From Methanomassiliicoccaceae archaeon (GTDB lineage: Archaea; Thermoplasmatota; Thermoplasmata; Methanomassiliicoccales; Methanomassiliicoccaceae): 64,000 nucleotides of DNA. The notes under the pieces were generated by a model. It was not told where the DNA came from. It saw nothing but the letters and a program-made list of their open reading frames with translations, and did no database searches. The DNA lies in NCBI GenBank assembly GCA_963728405.1, contig CAVSJV010000002.1, forward strand, positions 1 through 64,000, written 5' to 3'. Position 1 is the first letter of the stretch, and each line of letters begins with the position of its first letter. This document shows positions 1-13,476 of the stretch, piece by piece. The position numbers and the translations under genes are program-made.

Positions 1-1664
<1,664 letters not shown>

Positions 1665-1711
1665 CTTCGTCGCCGTCTCCGAGTCCCGGTCCGCATACCA
1701 TCTAACTCACA

Positions 1712-2146
1712 ATGGCAACACCGCTGCGCACTCGCTCGGACTGGCTGGCCGCCCACCCGGCAGACCCTGGCCGGCTGACACTCACGCTGTCCGACGTGGC
1801 ACACCGCTCCCTGCATCAGGGAGATTTCGACCACGCAGTGCGCGAGTTCCTCGACGAGTTCGCCCTGCGACCCGACGACGGCTCGCGGACCGGGGCGATC
1901 GCCGCCGAGCCACCGCCCACCGGGGACGCGCGTCACGACGCCTACCTGGCCGCCCTGGCCGAGCACCTGGCGGCTGTCCATGGACTAGACCGCCCTGCCT
2001 GGTCGATCCGGCCCGAGCGCTTCCTCGACCGTTTCTGGTTCGTCAGCGACGTGCCTGGCTTTCGCGCGCTCGCGATCGCCCAGACGCCGGCGGCCTTCCG
2101 CCGGCGTGGCGTATTCCTGCCCGAGCGCTCCCTGCACCGCGTCTGA
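1712..2146 (+). CDS. Hypothetical protein, putative antitoxin partner of the downstream nucleotidyltransferase
   Basis: 144-aa ORF (PPPTGDARHDAYLAALAEHLA...WF...TPAAFRRRGVF) ending 4 nt before the NTase ATG. Confidence 0.6.
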   Translation: MATPLRTRSDWLAAHPADPGRLTLTLSDVAHRSLHQGDFDHAVREFLDEFALRPDDGSRTGAIAAEPPPTGDARHDAYLAALAEHLAAVHGLDRPAWSIRPERFLDRFWFVSDVPGFRALAIAQTPAAFRRRGVFLPERSLHRV

Positions 2147-2150
2147 GGCG

Positions 2151-2657
2151 ATGGACCGGACGGAGATCGTGGAGGCCCTGACCGCGCTGGCCGTCGAGCT
2201 CGACGGACGCGGCGTCAGTGCCGAGATGTACGTGGTCGGCGGCGCGGCCATAGCCCTCGCCTTCGACGAGCGACGCTCCACCCGCGACATCGACGCAGTG
2301 TTCGAGCCGAAGGCGGTTGTCTACGAAGCGGCGGAGTCGGTCGCCGAGCAGCGCGGTCTGCCAACCGGCTGGCTGAACGACGCGGTCAAGGGGTTCCTGG
2401 CAGGTGACGACCCAGCGGCCGCGCCAGTGCTCGACCTACCGGGCCTGCGCTGCCTCACCGCTTCTCCAGAGGCGCTGCTGGCCCTCAAGGTCCTCGCCCA
2501 CCGGGTCGGCGAGGACGAGGACGACCTGCGCTTGCTCGCCCGCGAGCTCCGCCTCGAAAACGCCAAGCAGGTGCTGGCGCTGGCCGAACGGACCTTTGGC
2601 GACCGCCTCGACCCCGCCGCCCGCTTCTTCGTCGAACAGATCTTCGATCCCGGTTGA
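2151..2657 (+). CDS. DUF6036-like / AbiEii-MenT-superfamily nucleotidyltransferase
   Basis: ATG at 2151. Motifs VVGGAAIALAF..RRSTRDID, WLND and LLALK...D..D. Confidence 0.72.
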   Translation: MDRTEIVEALTALAVELDGRGVSAEMYVVGGAAIALAFDERRSTRDIDAVFEPKAVVYEAAESVAEQRGLPTGWLNDAVKGFLAGDDPAAAPVLDLPGLRCLTASPEALLALKVLAHRVGEDEDDLRLLARELRLENAKQVLALAERTFGDRLDPAARFFVEQIFDPG

Positions 2658-2671
2658 GCGGGGCGGCAGCC

Positions 2672-3834
2672 TCAGCCTGCCGCGTCGCGCAGCGCTCTCC
2701 CGACCTGCTCGGCGGTGATCACGCCGCTGAGCTTGCCGTCGGCATCGACGGCGAAGACAGCGCCGAAGCGGCGTAGCGAGCGGTTCGCCAGCAGCGTGTC
2801 GAGCGGGGCGTCGTCGCGCACCTGGAAGGTGCCGTCGTCGCGCTCGAGCAGGTCCGAGACGAGCGAGGTGGTGCGTGAGGTCTCCGGCACCTCGTCGGCC
2901 TTGTCGCGCACGATCAGGCCGAGGAAACGGTGGGCCGCGTCGACCACCGGGAACCAGGGCCAGCGGTAGCGGAGGAAGTACTCGTCCAGCGCCTGCTCGA
3001 CCGTCAGCTCGTCGGGGATCGTCACCGGTTCGCGGTCCATGATGTCGGAGACCTGCAGCTCGCTGATCCCGCTGGTGATCGTCGTCTGGGCGGTCGCCGC
3101 CCTGGCGGAGCCGTTGACGACGAAGCCGATCAGGGCGAGCCAGACGCCGCCGAAGACGTAGCCATCGAAGGCGAGCAGGATGCCGGCGCCGACGAAGAGG
3201 TAGCCGAAGATGCGGCCGAGGTTGGCGGCGAAGCGGGTGGCGGAGGTGCGGTTGCCGGTGCGCCACCAGGCGACCGCCCGGACGATCCGGCCGCCGTCCA
3301 TCGGGAAGGCCGGCAGCAGGTTGAAGACGAGGACGAGGAGGTTGATCATCGCCAGCCAGGCGACCATCGCCAGCACGCCCGAGGTCGAGGCGCTGCTCTC
3401 GACCAGCGCGGCCTGGCTGAAGTCGTGCCAGCCGGCGGCGGCGACCCCGACCGCAGCCAGCGCGGCGACGATGGCGAGGGTGACCAGCGGGCCGGCGACC
3501 GCGACCTGGAATTCGGTCCGCGGCGATTCCGATTCGCGAGTCATCCGCGCCATCCCGCCGAAGATCCAGAGCTGGATGCTGGAGATGCCGATCCCGTTGC
3601 GCAGGGCGACGAAGGCGTGCCCGAGCTCGTGCAGGACGATCGAGCCGAAGAAGCCGACGGCGCTCGCCAGCGCCAGCAGGAAGGGCATCGTCGGGAGCTG
3701 CTCTCCCCCAGCAGTTCGCCGTAGAAGCGCGAGAGCCAGAAGATCACGAGGAAGAGGACGAAGAACCAGGACCAGTCCACGGCGATGCGGATGCCGCGCA
3801 CGTGGAACAGCGTTATCGGCTTGCCGCCGAGCAT
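2672..3834 (-). CDS. Site-2 protease (M50) with C-terminal CBS pair; one frameshift near 3705
   Basis: HELGH and [13 protein letters not shown] motifs plus CBS domains. The N-terminus [17 protein letters not shown] lies in an adjacent frame. Confidence 0.88.
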
Positions 3835-3956
3835 CTGCCAATGGTAAGCGGGCGGCTGCCCGCCGGCTCGGCGAGCCGCACGATGGCTTGGCACTTCGGA
3901 CTGTGTGCCGAATCCCGACTGCGGGCTCGGATTTCGCCTCTATAGCATCCGCGCTC

Positions 3957-5648
3957 GTGCCTACTCATGACGTTCTCGTAATTGGCGCCGGCCTCGCCGG
4001 CCAGCGCGCCGCCCTCGCGGCCGCCGAGCAGGGCGTATCGGTCGGGATCATCAGCAAGGTCCACCCGGTGCGCTCCCACTCCAACGCGGCACAGGGCGGG
4101 ATCAACGCGGCGCTTTGAACCCGGGCGACTCCTGGGAGTCGCACGCCTTCGACACGATCAAGGGCTCCGACTACCTCGGCGACCAGGACGCGATCGAAAT
4201 CATGACCCGCGAGGCGCCGGAGGAGATCCTCCACCTCGAGCACCTCGGCGTCACCTTCCACCGCAACGAGGAAGGCAAGCTCGGCACCCGCGCCTTCGGC
4301 GGCGCCTCCGCCGCCCGCACCTACTACGTCGCCGACATCACCGGCCAGGCGATCATGCACGTGCTCTACGAGCAGCTGATGAAGCACTCCGACTCGGTCG
4401 CCCGCTACGAGGAGTGGTTCTCGACGGCGCTGGCGATGGACGAGAACGGCGAGTGCTGCGGCGTCGTCACCCGCAACGTCGCCGACGGCTCGATGGAGCT
4501 GTTCGAGGCGAAGTCGGTGATCCTCGCCTGCGGCGGCAACGGCCAGGTCTGGAAGCCGACCACCAACGCCCTGATCTGCACCGGCGACGGGATCGCGATG
4601 GCCTACCGGGTCGGCGCCAAGCTGATGGACATGGAGATGATCCAGTACCACCCGACGACGCTGGCGGGCAAGGGCTTCCTGATCACCGAGGGCGCCCGCG
4701 GCGAGGGCGCTCACCTGCTCAACGCCAACGGCGAACGCTTCATGGAGAAGTACGCGCCGAACAAGATGGAGCTGGCCTCGCGCGACGTCGTCTCCCGCGC
4801 CGAGCAGACCGAGATCAACGAGGGCCGCGGCTTCCCCGACGGCACCGTCGCCCTCGACATCACCGTGGTGCCGAAAAAGCGCGTCCACGAGGCGCTGCGG
4901 GAGATCGTCCTCGTCGGCCGCGACTTCGCCGGCGTCGACATCACCCGCGAACCGATCCACATCAAGCCGGGCAACCACTACACGATGGGCGGGATCAAGA
5001 CCGACGTCGACGGCCGCACCGACATCCCCGGCCTCTACTCGGCCGGCGAGACCGCCTGCGTCTCCGTCCACGGCGGCAACCGGCTCGGCGCCAACTCGCT
5101 GCTCGACACGCTGATCTTCGGCCGCCGCTCCGGCGCCGACGCCGCCGCCCGCGCCAAGCGGATCGAGGGCTCGCGAGCCCTCGCGCAAGGTGCTCGAGGA
5201 CGAGGAGGCGATGATCGCCGACATCAACTCGCGCGAGCAGGGCTCCGGCCGCCGCGTCTCCGAGATCAAGCTCGAGCTCGGCCAGACGATGGACGCCAAG
5301 GTCGCCGTCTTCCGCGACGAGGCCGGGATCAAAGAAGCGATCGAGACCGTCGCCCGCCTGAAGGAGGAGGCGAAGACCGCCTACATCGACGACCACGGCA
5401 GCGTCTTCAACCAGGACCTGCTGGGGGCGATCGAGCTCGGGTACATGCTCGACAACGCCGAGTGCACCTGCCTCGCCGCGCTGGAGCGCAAGGAGAGCCG
5501 CGGCGCCCAGTACCGCACCGACTTCCCCGAGCGCAACGACGAGGAGTGGCTCAAACACATCGACCTCGAGCAGACCGACGATGGGCCCGAGATCTCATAC
5601 TCCGAGGTGACCATCACCCAGTGGGAACCGGAAGCGAGGACTTACTGA
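3957..5648 (+). CDS. sdhA: Succinate dehydrogenase/fumarate reductase flavoprotein (frameshifts near 4115 and 5180)
   Basis: [16 protein letters not shown] (covalent FAD His), [30 protein letters not shown] and ESRGAQYR motifs across three frames. Confidence 0.92.
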
Positions 5649-6822
5649 TGGCCGATTACACGATCAAAGTCCGCAGGTTCCAGCCCGAGAGCGGCGAGGG
5701 GCCCTACTGGGAGGAGTTCAACGTCGACCTCGAGCCCTCGCTCTCGGTCCTCGACAGCCTGCTGCAGGTGAAGGACCGCGAGGACGGCTCGCTCGCCGTG
5801 CGCTGCTCCTGCCGCGCCGCGATCTGCGGCTCCTGCGGGATGAAGATCAACGGCCAGTCCGGGCTCGGCTGCAAGACCCAGATCGGCGAGGCCCAGGAGC
5901 TGGCCGACAAGAAGGCGAGCGCGGTCGGCGGCGAGACGAGCGGACAACGTGATCGTGATCGAGCCGATGGGCAACATGCCGGTGGTCAAGGACCTGGTCA
6001 CCGACATGGAGTCGACCCACTGGACCAAGATCCGCCGCGTCACCCCCTGGCTCCTCCCCCACGGCGAGCCGCCCGAGCGCGAGTACATCGTCGAGCCGGA
6101 ATCGATGCTCGACATCACCCAGTCGATGGCCTGCATCCAGTGCGGCGCCTGCGTCTCCTCCTGCCTCTCGATGGAAGCCGACCCCGACTTCATCGGCCCG
6201 GCGGCGCTGGCCAAGGCCTACCGCTTCGTCGGCGACCCGCGCGACGCCGAGACGGTCGAGCGCCTGCACGACCTCGCCGAGGACCCGCACGGGATCTACG
6301 ACTGCACCCACTGCTTCAGCTGCGTCGACGCCTGCCCCAAGGACGTGGCGCCGATGGACCAGATCATGCGCCTGCGCCGCAAGGCCGGCGAAGAGGGGAT
6401 CGAAGACCCCAACAGCGGCCACGACCACGAGATGGCCTTCGTCAAGATCATCGAGAAGAAGGGCACCCTCGACGAGTCGCTGCTGCTGCAGGAGTCCTTC
6501 GCCCCGGGCATCAAGGGCAAGCTGAAACCGAGCAAACGGGCGATCAAGGAAATGCTCGGCTCGATCCCGACGGCGATCCGCGGCGATCAAGACCGGCAAG
6601 ATGCGCTCGCTGCCGAAGCTGATCCCCGGCGTCCACCACAAGCTCCCCGGCGGCGCCCAGGACGAGGTCAAGGCGATCTACAAGCACGCCGAGGAGCACA
6701 ACGAGGAATTCAACCTGTACATCAAGGGCGACGAGGGCGAGCTGGCCGAGATCGAGGCCGAGGAGGCTCGGCGCGGAGACCGCTCGCCGCACCGCCGAAG
6801 CGAGGAGGCCTCGAATGGCTGA
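5648..6822 (+). CDS. sdhB: Succinate dehydrogenase/fumarate reductase iron-sulfur subunit with C-terminal extension (frameshifted)
   Basis: CSCRAAICGSC, CIQCGACVSSC and CTHCFSCVDACP motifs. The ATG overlaps the sdhA stop. Confidence 0.9.
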
Positions 6823-7727
6823 TCAGATCAAAGTCGCCTACTGGCCCGGCTGCGTCTCGCGCGGCTTCACCCCCGAGCTGCACGGCTCGATGGCGCTGGT
6901 CGCCGAGAAGCTCGGGATCGAGCTGGTCACCCTCGACCGCGCCAACTGCTGCGGCGCCGGCGTCATCGCCGAGCACAACCAGGAGCTGGCCGACACGCTC
7001 AACGCCCGCACCTTCGCGCTCGCCCAGCAGACCGGGCTCTCGATGATGAACATCTGCTCGACCTGCCAGGGCGCGCAGTCGGAGTGCCAGCAGCGGCTCG
7101 ACGCCGACTCCGCCGTACCGCGCCCACGTCAACGAGGCGCTCTCGGGCCAGGGCCTGTCCTACGAGAAGGGCAAGAACGGCTTCACCAACAAGAACTTCC
7201 TCTGGCTGCTGGTCGAGGACTACGGTCTCGACAGGCTCGCCGCCCAGGTCAAGCGGCCGCTGAGCGGCCTCAAGGTCGGCCCCTTCTACGGCTGCTACAT
7301 CGTCCGCCCGAAGGAGCGCCTCGGCTACGCCGAGTTCCCCGACCGCGACGTCTACCTGGAGAAGGTGATCGAGGCCCTCGGCGGCGAGGTCGTCGAGTAC
7401 GACGGCGCCCGCAAATGCTGCGGCTTCCCGGTGATCACGATGAACCGCGAGACCTCGCTGAAGCAGGCCGGCACCCACGTCGGCGACGCGATCGACGCCG
7501 GCGCCGACTGCCTCGTCACCCCCTGCCCGCTCTGCCACCTCAACCTCGACATGCAGCAGCCGGAGGCGGCCAAGGTCGTCAACCGCGACCTCGGCCTCGC
7601 CGTCCTCCACCTCCCCCAGCTGGTCGGCCTGGCGCTCGGCGCCGAGCCGAAGGAGCTGGGCATGAGCAAGCACATCGCCTCGACCGGCTGGGTCGAGGAC
7701 CGCCTCAGCGCCGGCGCCGCCGCTTAG
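6815..7727 (+). CDS. HdrB-like CCG-domain subunit (SdhE-type) of the SDH/FRD complex (frameshift near 7115)
   Basis: YWPGC, CCGAG, CSTC, FYGCY, CCGFP and [11 protein letters not shown]: two CCG domains. Confidence 0.88.
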
Positions 7728-7740
7728 CCGCGATCCGATA

Positions 7741-7808
7741 GCCTGGCCCCAGGTGAGCCGGGAAGACTGGTCGGCACTCATTTCGTCGACCCCGAAAGGC
7801 TCCCGGTG
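7741..7808 (+). promoter_or_regulatory. Candidate structured 5' leader of the cation/anion permease gene
   Basis: CCGGGA (7758-7763) can pair with TCCCGG (7801-7806) at the start codon, enclosing the hairpin GGTCGGC/GTCGACC and the GAAAGG RBS. Confidence 0.45.
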
Positions 7809-9079
7809 GCAATCGCCGTAGGCACCTTCCTCATCGCCCTGGCCGTGATCGCGGCCGAGAAGATGCACCGCACCAACGTCGCCCTGCTGGGCGCGGCGAT
7901 CGTCGTCCTCTTCGTCGGCGACTTCTCCCAGGAGCAGGCGATCGAGTCGGTCGACTTCAACACGATCGGCCTCCTGGTCGGGATGATGATCATCGTCTAC
8001 CTGACCCAGCAGACCGGCGTCTACGACTACGTCGCGATCCGGGCGGGGCAGCTCTCCGGGGGCAAGCCGCTGCGCGGTGACGATGAGCCTGGCCGCGACC
8101 ACCGCGCTGCTCTCCGCCTTCCTCGACAACCTGACGACGATCCTGCTGATCGCGCCGATCACCTTCCTGCTCGCCGACGCGCTGGACATCGAGGCGGTGC
8201 CGCTGCTGATCATCGAGGTGATCGCCTCCAACATCGGCGGCACCGCGACCCTGATCGGCGACCCGCCGAACATCATCATCGCCGGCGCCACCGGCCTCAG
8301 CTTCAACGCCTTCATCGTCAACCTGGCGCCGATCGTCATCGTCACCTTCGCCGTCGTCATCCCCCTCCTCTACCTCGTCTTCCGCAGCCGCCTGCAGGTC
8401 GAGGAGAAGAACCGGGCGGCGGTGATGGAGCTCGAACGCCAAGGCCTCGATCCGCGACGCCGCCGAGCTGCGGCGGACGGGCCCGGTGCTGATCCTCACC
8501 GTCCTCGCCTTCTTCGCCCACCAGGCGCTGCACATCGAGCCGGCGACCGTCGCCCTGACCGGCGCCGCCGTGGGGCTGCTGGTCACCCGGGTGGACCTCG
8601 AAGAGGCGCTCTCCCACATCGAGTGGACGACGCTCTTCTTCTTCATCGGCCTCTTCGTGATGGTCGGGGCGCTGGAGGCGACCGGCGCGATCGACCACAT
8701 CGCCGACGGGGTCAAGGACCTGACCGGCGGCGGCCGCACGGCGGAGCTGTTCGGGATCACCTGGGTCGCGGCAATCGGATCGGCGGTGGTGGACAACATC
8801 CCCTTCACCACGGCGATGGTCCCGGTCGTCAAGGACCTGCAGCAGACCGCCGGCACCAGCGGCGACGACGCCTACTGGTGGTCGCTGGCGCTCGGCGCCT
8901 GCTTCGGCGGCAACGCGACGATGATCGCCGCCGCCGCCAACGTCGCCGCGGCGGGGATGGCGGAGCGGGCGGGAACGCCGATCGGCTTCGTCGGCTTCCT
9001 CAAGGTGGGCGTACCGGTGACGATCATCTCGATGCTGCTGGCCAGCGCCTACATCGCCGTTCGCTACGTCCTGATCTAA
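7806..9079 (+). CDS. ArsB/NhaD (SLC13/CitMHS-like) permease (frameshifts near 8075 and 8440)
   Basis: SAFLDNLTT, ASNIGGTATLIGDPPNIII, VVDNIPF and LGACFGGNATMI motifs; multi-TM. Confidence 0.85.
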
Positions 9080-9090
9080 GGAGCCAACCG

Positions 9091-10597
<1,507 letters not shown>

Positions 10598-10617
10598 CGC
10601 CCGATTATGACGGCGGC

Positions 10618-11907
10618 TCAGCCGGCGACCGTGGGCCGGTGCTCGGGCCCGGTCGGGTCCTCGGGGCGGATCGCGTCGTCGCCCAACTCGAAGGTGGCGT
10701 GCAGCGCCTTGACCGCGTCGGGGACCCGGTCGGCGGCGATGACGCACGAGATCTTGATCGGCGAGGTGGAGATCATCTCGATGTTGATCCGCTCGGCGCC
10801 GAGCACCTCGAAGACTTTGGCGGCGACGCCGGGGTGCGAGCGCATGCCGGCGCCGACGATCGAGACCTTGCCGATCTGCTCGTCGGTGCGGACCTTGAGC
10901 GAGACGTCGCCGAGCGCGGCGATCGTGTCCTTGGCGACCGGCAGGTCGGCGCGGTCGACGGTGAAGGAGAGGTCGGCGAGCTGGTCGCCGCCGACCGGCT
11001 CGTTCTGGATGATCACGTCGACGTTGACGTTGGCGTCGGCCAGGGCCTGGAAGATGCGGCCGGCCACGCCCGGCTCGTCGCGGACGCCGGTCAGCGTTAC
11101 GCGGGCCTCCGCGTTGGAGTGGGTCACGGCGGTTACGAAAGGTTGCTCCACGGTCTCCTCCTCGGCTACGACGAGGGTACCGGGACCGTCCTCGAAGCTG
11201 CTGCGGCAGTGGATGCGGACGCCGTGGTTGCGGGCGTACTCGACCGAGCGCAGCTGCAGCACCCCGGCCCCGGAGGCCGACATCTCGAGCATCTCCTCGA
11301 AGGAGACATGGGTGAGCTTGCGGGCATCCGGGACCACGCGCGGGTCGGCGCTGAAGACGCCGGCGACGTCGGTGTAGATCTCGCAGACGCTGGCTCCGAG
11401 CGCCGCGGCGAGGGCGACCGCGGTGGTGTCGGAGCCGCCGCGGCCGAGCGTGGTGACGTCGCGGCTCTCGGTGGAGACGCCCTGGAAGCCGGCGACGAGG
11501 ACGATCCGGTCCTCCTCCAGCGCCTCCCTGATGCGGTTGGCGCGGACGTCGACGATGCGCGCCTTGGTGTGGAAGGAGTCGGTGACGATCCCCGCCTGGG
11601 AGCCGGTCAGCGAGATCGCCTCGTGGCCCATGTCGTGGATCGCCATCGCACAGAGCGCGCAGGAGATCCGCTCCCCGGTCGAGAGCAGCATGTCCATCTC
11701 GCGGGCGACCGGGCGCTCGGAGATCTCCTGCGCCTGGGCGACCAGCTCGTCGGTCGTCTTGCCGCGGGCCGAGAGCACGGCGACGACCCGGTGCCCGGCC
11801 TCCCGCGCGGCGACGATCCGCCCCGCGGCGCGCTTGATCTGCTCGGCGCCGGCCACCGAGGTGCCGCCGAACTTCATTACGACGATGTCGGAATCGCTCC
11901 CGCCCAT
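10618..11907 (-). CDS. lysC: Aspartate kinase
   Basis: [19 protein letters not shown] and [11 protein letters not shown] motifs plus two ACT domains; upstream of asd. Confidence 0.95.
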   Translation of the reverse strand: MGGSDSDIVVMKFGGTSVAGAEQIKRAAGRIVAAREAGHRVVAVLSARGKTTDELVAQAQEISERPVAREMDMLLSTGERISCALCAMAIHDMGHEAISLTGSQAGIVTDSFHTKARIVDVRANRIREALEEDRIVLVAGFQGVSTESRDVTTLGRGGSDTTAVALAAALGASVCEIYTDVAGVFSADPRVVPDARKLTHVSFEEMLEMSASGAGVLQLRSVEYARNHGVRIHCRSSFEDGPGTLVVAEEETVEQPFVTAVTHSNAEARVTLTGVRDEPGVAGRIFQALADANVNVDVIIQNEPVGGDQLADLSFTVDRADLPVAKDTIAALGDVSLKVRTDEQIGKVSIVGAGMRSHPGVAAKVFEVLGAERINIEMISTSPIKISCVIAADRVPDAVKALHATFELGDDAIRPEDPTGPEHRPTVAG

Positions 11908-11933
11908 GAGTGCCTGAGGATAGTCGGCGGCAG

Positions 11934-12158
11934 CTAGAGCGACTCTGAGCGAACGATCCGCGTGCTCCCGTCGGCGGCAACAACAACCGCGGCATAACCA
12001 TTGCGGAGAGCCTTCTCGATCTGGTGCTCTGTGGACGCCGTACCGTCGTCGATGAAAGCCGATGATTCCGGATAGGGCGACTCTTCGGCGATCGCCAACT
12101 CGATCGCTTCATTCATCACCCTGCCTGCTGGCGAGTCTCCAGGAACGTCAATCATCAC
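11934..12158 (-). CDS. Small hypothetical protein
   Basis: 74-aa ORF whose start overlaps the stop of the upstream ORF; lies in a lower-GC patch. Confidence 0.5.
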   Translation of the reverse strand: MMIDVPGDSPAGRVMNEAIELAIAEESPYPESSAFIDDGTASTEHQIEKALRNGYAAVVVAADGSTRIVRSESL

Positions 12159-12496
12159 TCCACCCTTCGATCATCCGAAAGGTAGTTTCGCTTTGCGCTT
12201 TCAATGGCAGCTCGAAGCCCTCCCCAGAGGCTACCGCTGTGAAAAGGCTTTCCGGTTTGCTTGCCGCCCGCATGTGTGAACCGGTGCAGCATCGTCGTTG
12301 TGTCCGTGGGCGCTGTCGTAAACGCGAATCGTCTCAATGGAATCCCGTCGAGCGAGTAGCAAGACGACTCTGTAGTCGACCACCTCTCCCCGGTGCGGTC
12401 TGTGAAGTCGACGTAGAGAACAGCTCCCAGCGCTTCATTCAGCTTCTTGGCTGGTAGCTCGCGCTCACACCACGAGCGTGAGCGAGGACAGCGCAC
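12155..12496 (-). CDS. Hypothetical protein (start uncertain)
   Basis: 113-aa ORF in the lower-GC patch, translationally coupled to 11934-12158. Confidence 0.35.
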   Translation of the reverse strand: MRCPRSRSWCERELPAKKLNEALGAVLYVDFTDRTGERWSTTESSCYSLDGIPLRRFAFTTAPTDTTTMLHRFTHAGGKQTGKPFHSGSLWGGLRAAIESAKRNYLSDDRRVE

Positions 12497-12565
12497 CTGT
12501 GGTGCGCTGAAAGTCAGGCCATTGTCAATCTTCCTGCGCGGAACTCGAGCTTCAGGCCAGGGCTC

Positions 12566-12799
12566 TTAAGAGCCGCCGCCGAGGTTGCCGAGCATCGCCT
12601 GTTCGGCCATGCGGACGAGGCCGAGGCCGCTGTGGGGGCGCATGTCGCTGCTGCGCACGCGGACGTGGGAGCCGTGCGGGCCGACGACCTCGACGATCGT
12701 GCAGACGTCGCCGATTTCGCAATCGTCGCCGTAGTCGCCTTCGATCGCCTCCATCTGCTCGGCCACGACCCGGCCGATCTTGCTCTGGTCTAGCGCCAT
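12566..12799 (-). CDS. Small hypothetical protein
   Basis: AAGGAG RBS before the ATG; host-like codon usage. Confidence 0.7.
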   Translation of the reverse strand: MALDQSKIGRVVAEQMEAIEGDYGDDCEIGDVCTIVEVVGPHGSHVRVRSSDMRPHSGLGLVRMAEQAMLGNLGGGS

Positions 12800-12876
12800 C
12801 TTTGAGCTCCTTTGAGGGTGATTTGGGGACGAGAGCGTTGGCTGACGACTGTATGCGCTGCGGCCGGAAGGATAGG

Positions 12877-12919
12877 TGTGATCGACATCACACTTGGGGA
12901 TATATCGGAGCGATATATC
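12877..12919. promoter_or_regulatory. CRP/FNR-type site plus probable PadR operator
   Basis: TGTGA-tcgaca-TCACA at 12877-12892. Perfect inverted repeat GATATATCG-gag-CGATATATC at 12899-12919, just before the padR ATG. Confidence 0.65.
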
Positions 12920-12927
12920 TCTCCGGG

Positions 12928-13476
12928 ATGGAGCAGCTGAGCGCGACCGCCTACGTGATCCTCGGAATGATCCGGGGGGCGCCGAAGTCCGGCTATGAGA
13001 TCAAGGCCGCGGTCGACGAGACCACCCGCTTCTTCTGGGCCGCCAGCTACGGGCAGATCTACCCGGAGCTGAAGCGGCTCTCGGAGGCGGGGCTGGTCGA
13101 GGGGGTCGACTCCCCCACCGGCGGTCGCAGGCGGACCGTCTACGAGATCACCGCCGACGGCGAGGAGGAGCTGAAGGCGTGGCTGCGCCAGCCGCCCGGC
13201 ACCTACGAGATGCGGGAGGAGGGGCTGCTGAAGCTGTTCTTCGCCGACGCCCTTCCCCGCGAGGAAGCCGTCGAGATTTTGCGAGCGATGCGGGACTACC
13301 GCCGCTCGGTCCACCAACAGCTCGTCGCCATGGAGCCGATGGCGGCGGCGAAGCCTGACCCGTTCCCGCTGATGGTCCTGCGGGGCGGCATCGAGTTCAC
13401 CGAGTGGTTTGCCGACTGGTGCGAGCGGATGGAGGCCCAGATCCTCGCCTCCGCTCCCGAGAAAAGGAGCAGCTGA
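12928..13476 (+). CDS. PadR family transcriptional regulator
   Basis: SGYEIK, FFWAASYGQIYPELKRL and YEITADGEEELKAWL; C-terminal LLKLFF domain. Confidence 0.92.
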   Translation: MEQLSATAYVILGMIRGAPKSGYEIKAAVDETTRFFWAASYGQIYPELKRLSEAGLVEGVDSPTGGRRRTVYEITADGEEELKAWLRQPPGTYEMREEGLLKLFFADALPREEAVEILRAMRDYRRSVHQQLVAMEPMAAAKPDPFPLMVLRGGIEFTEWFADWCERMEAQILASAPEKRSS

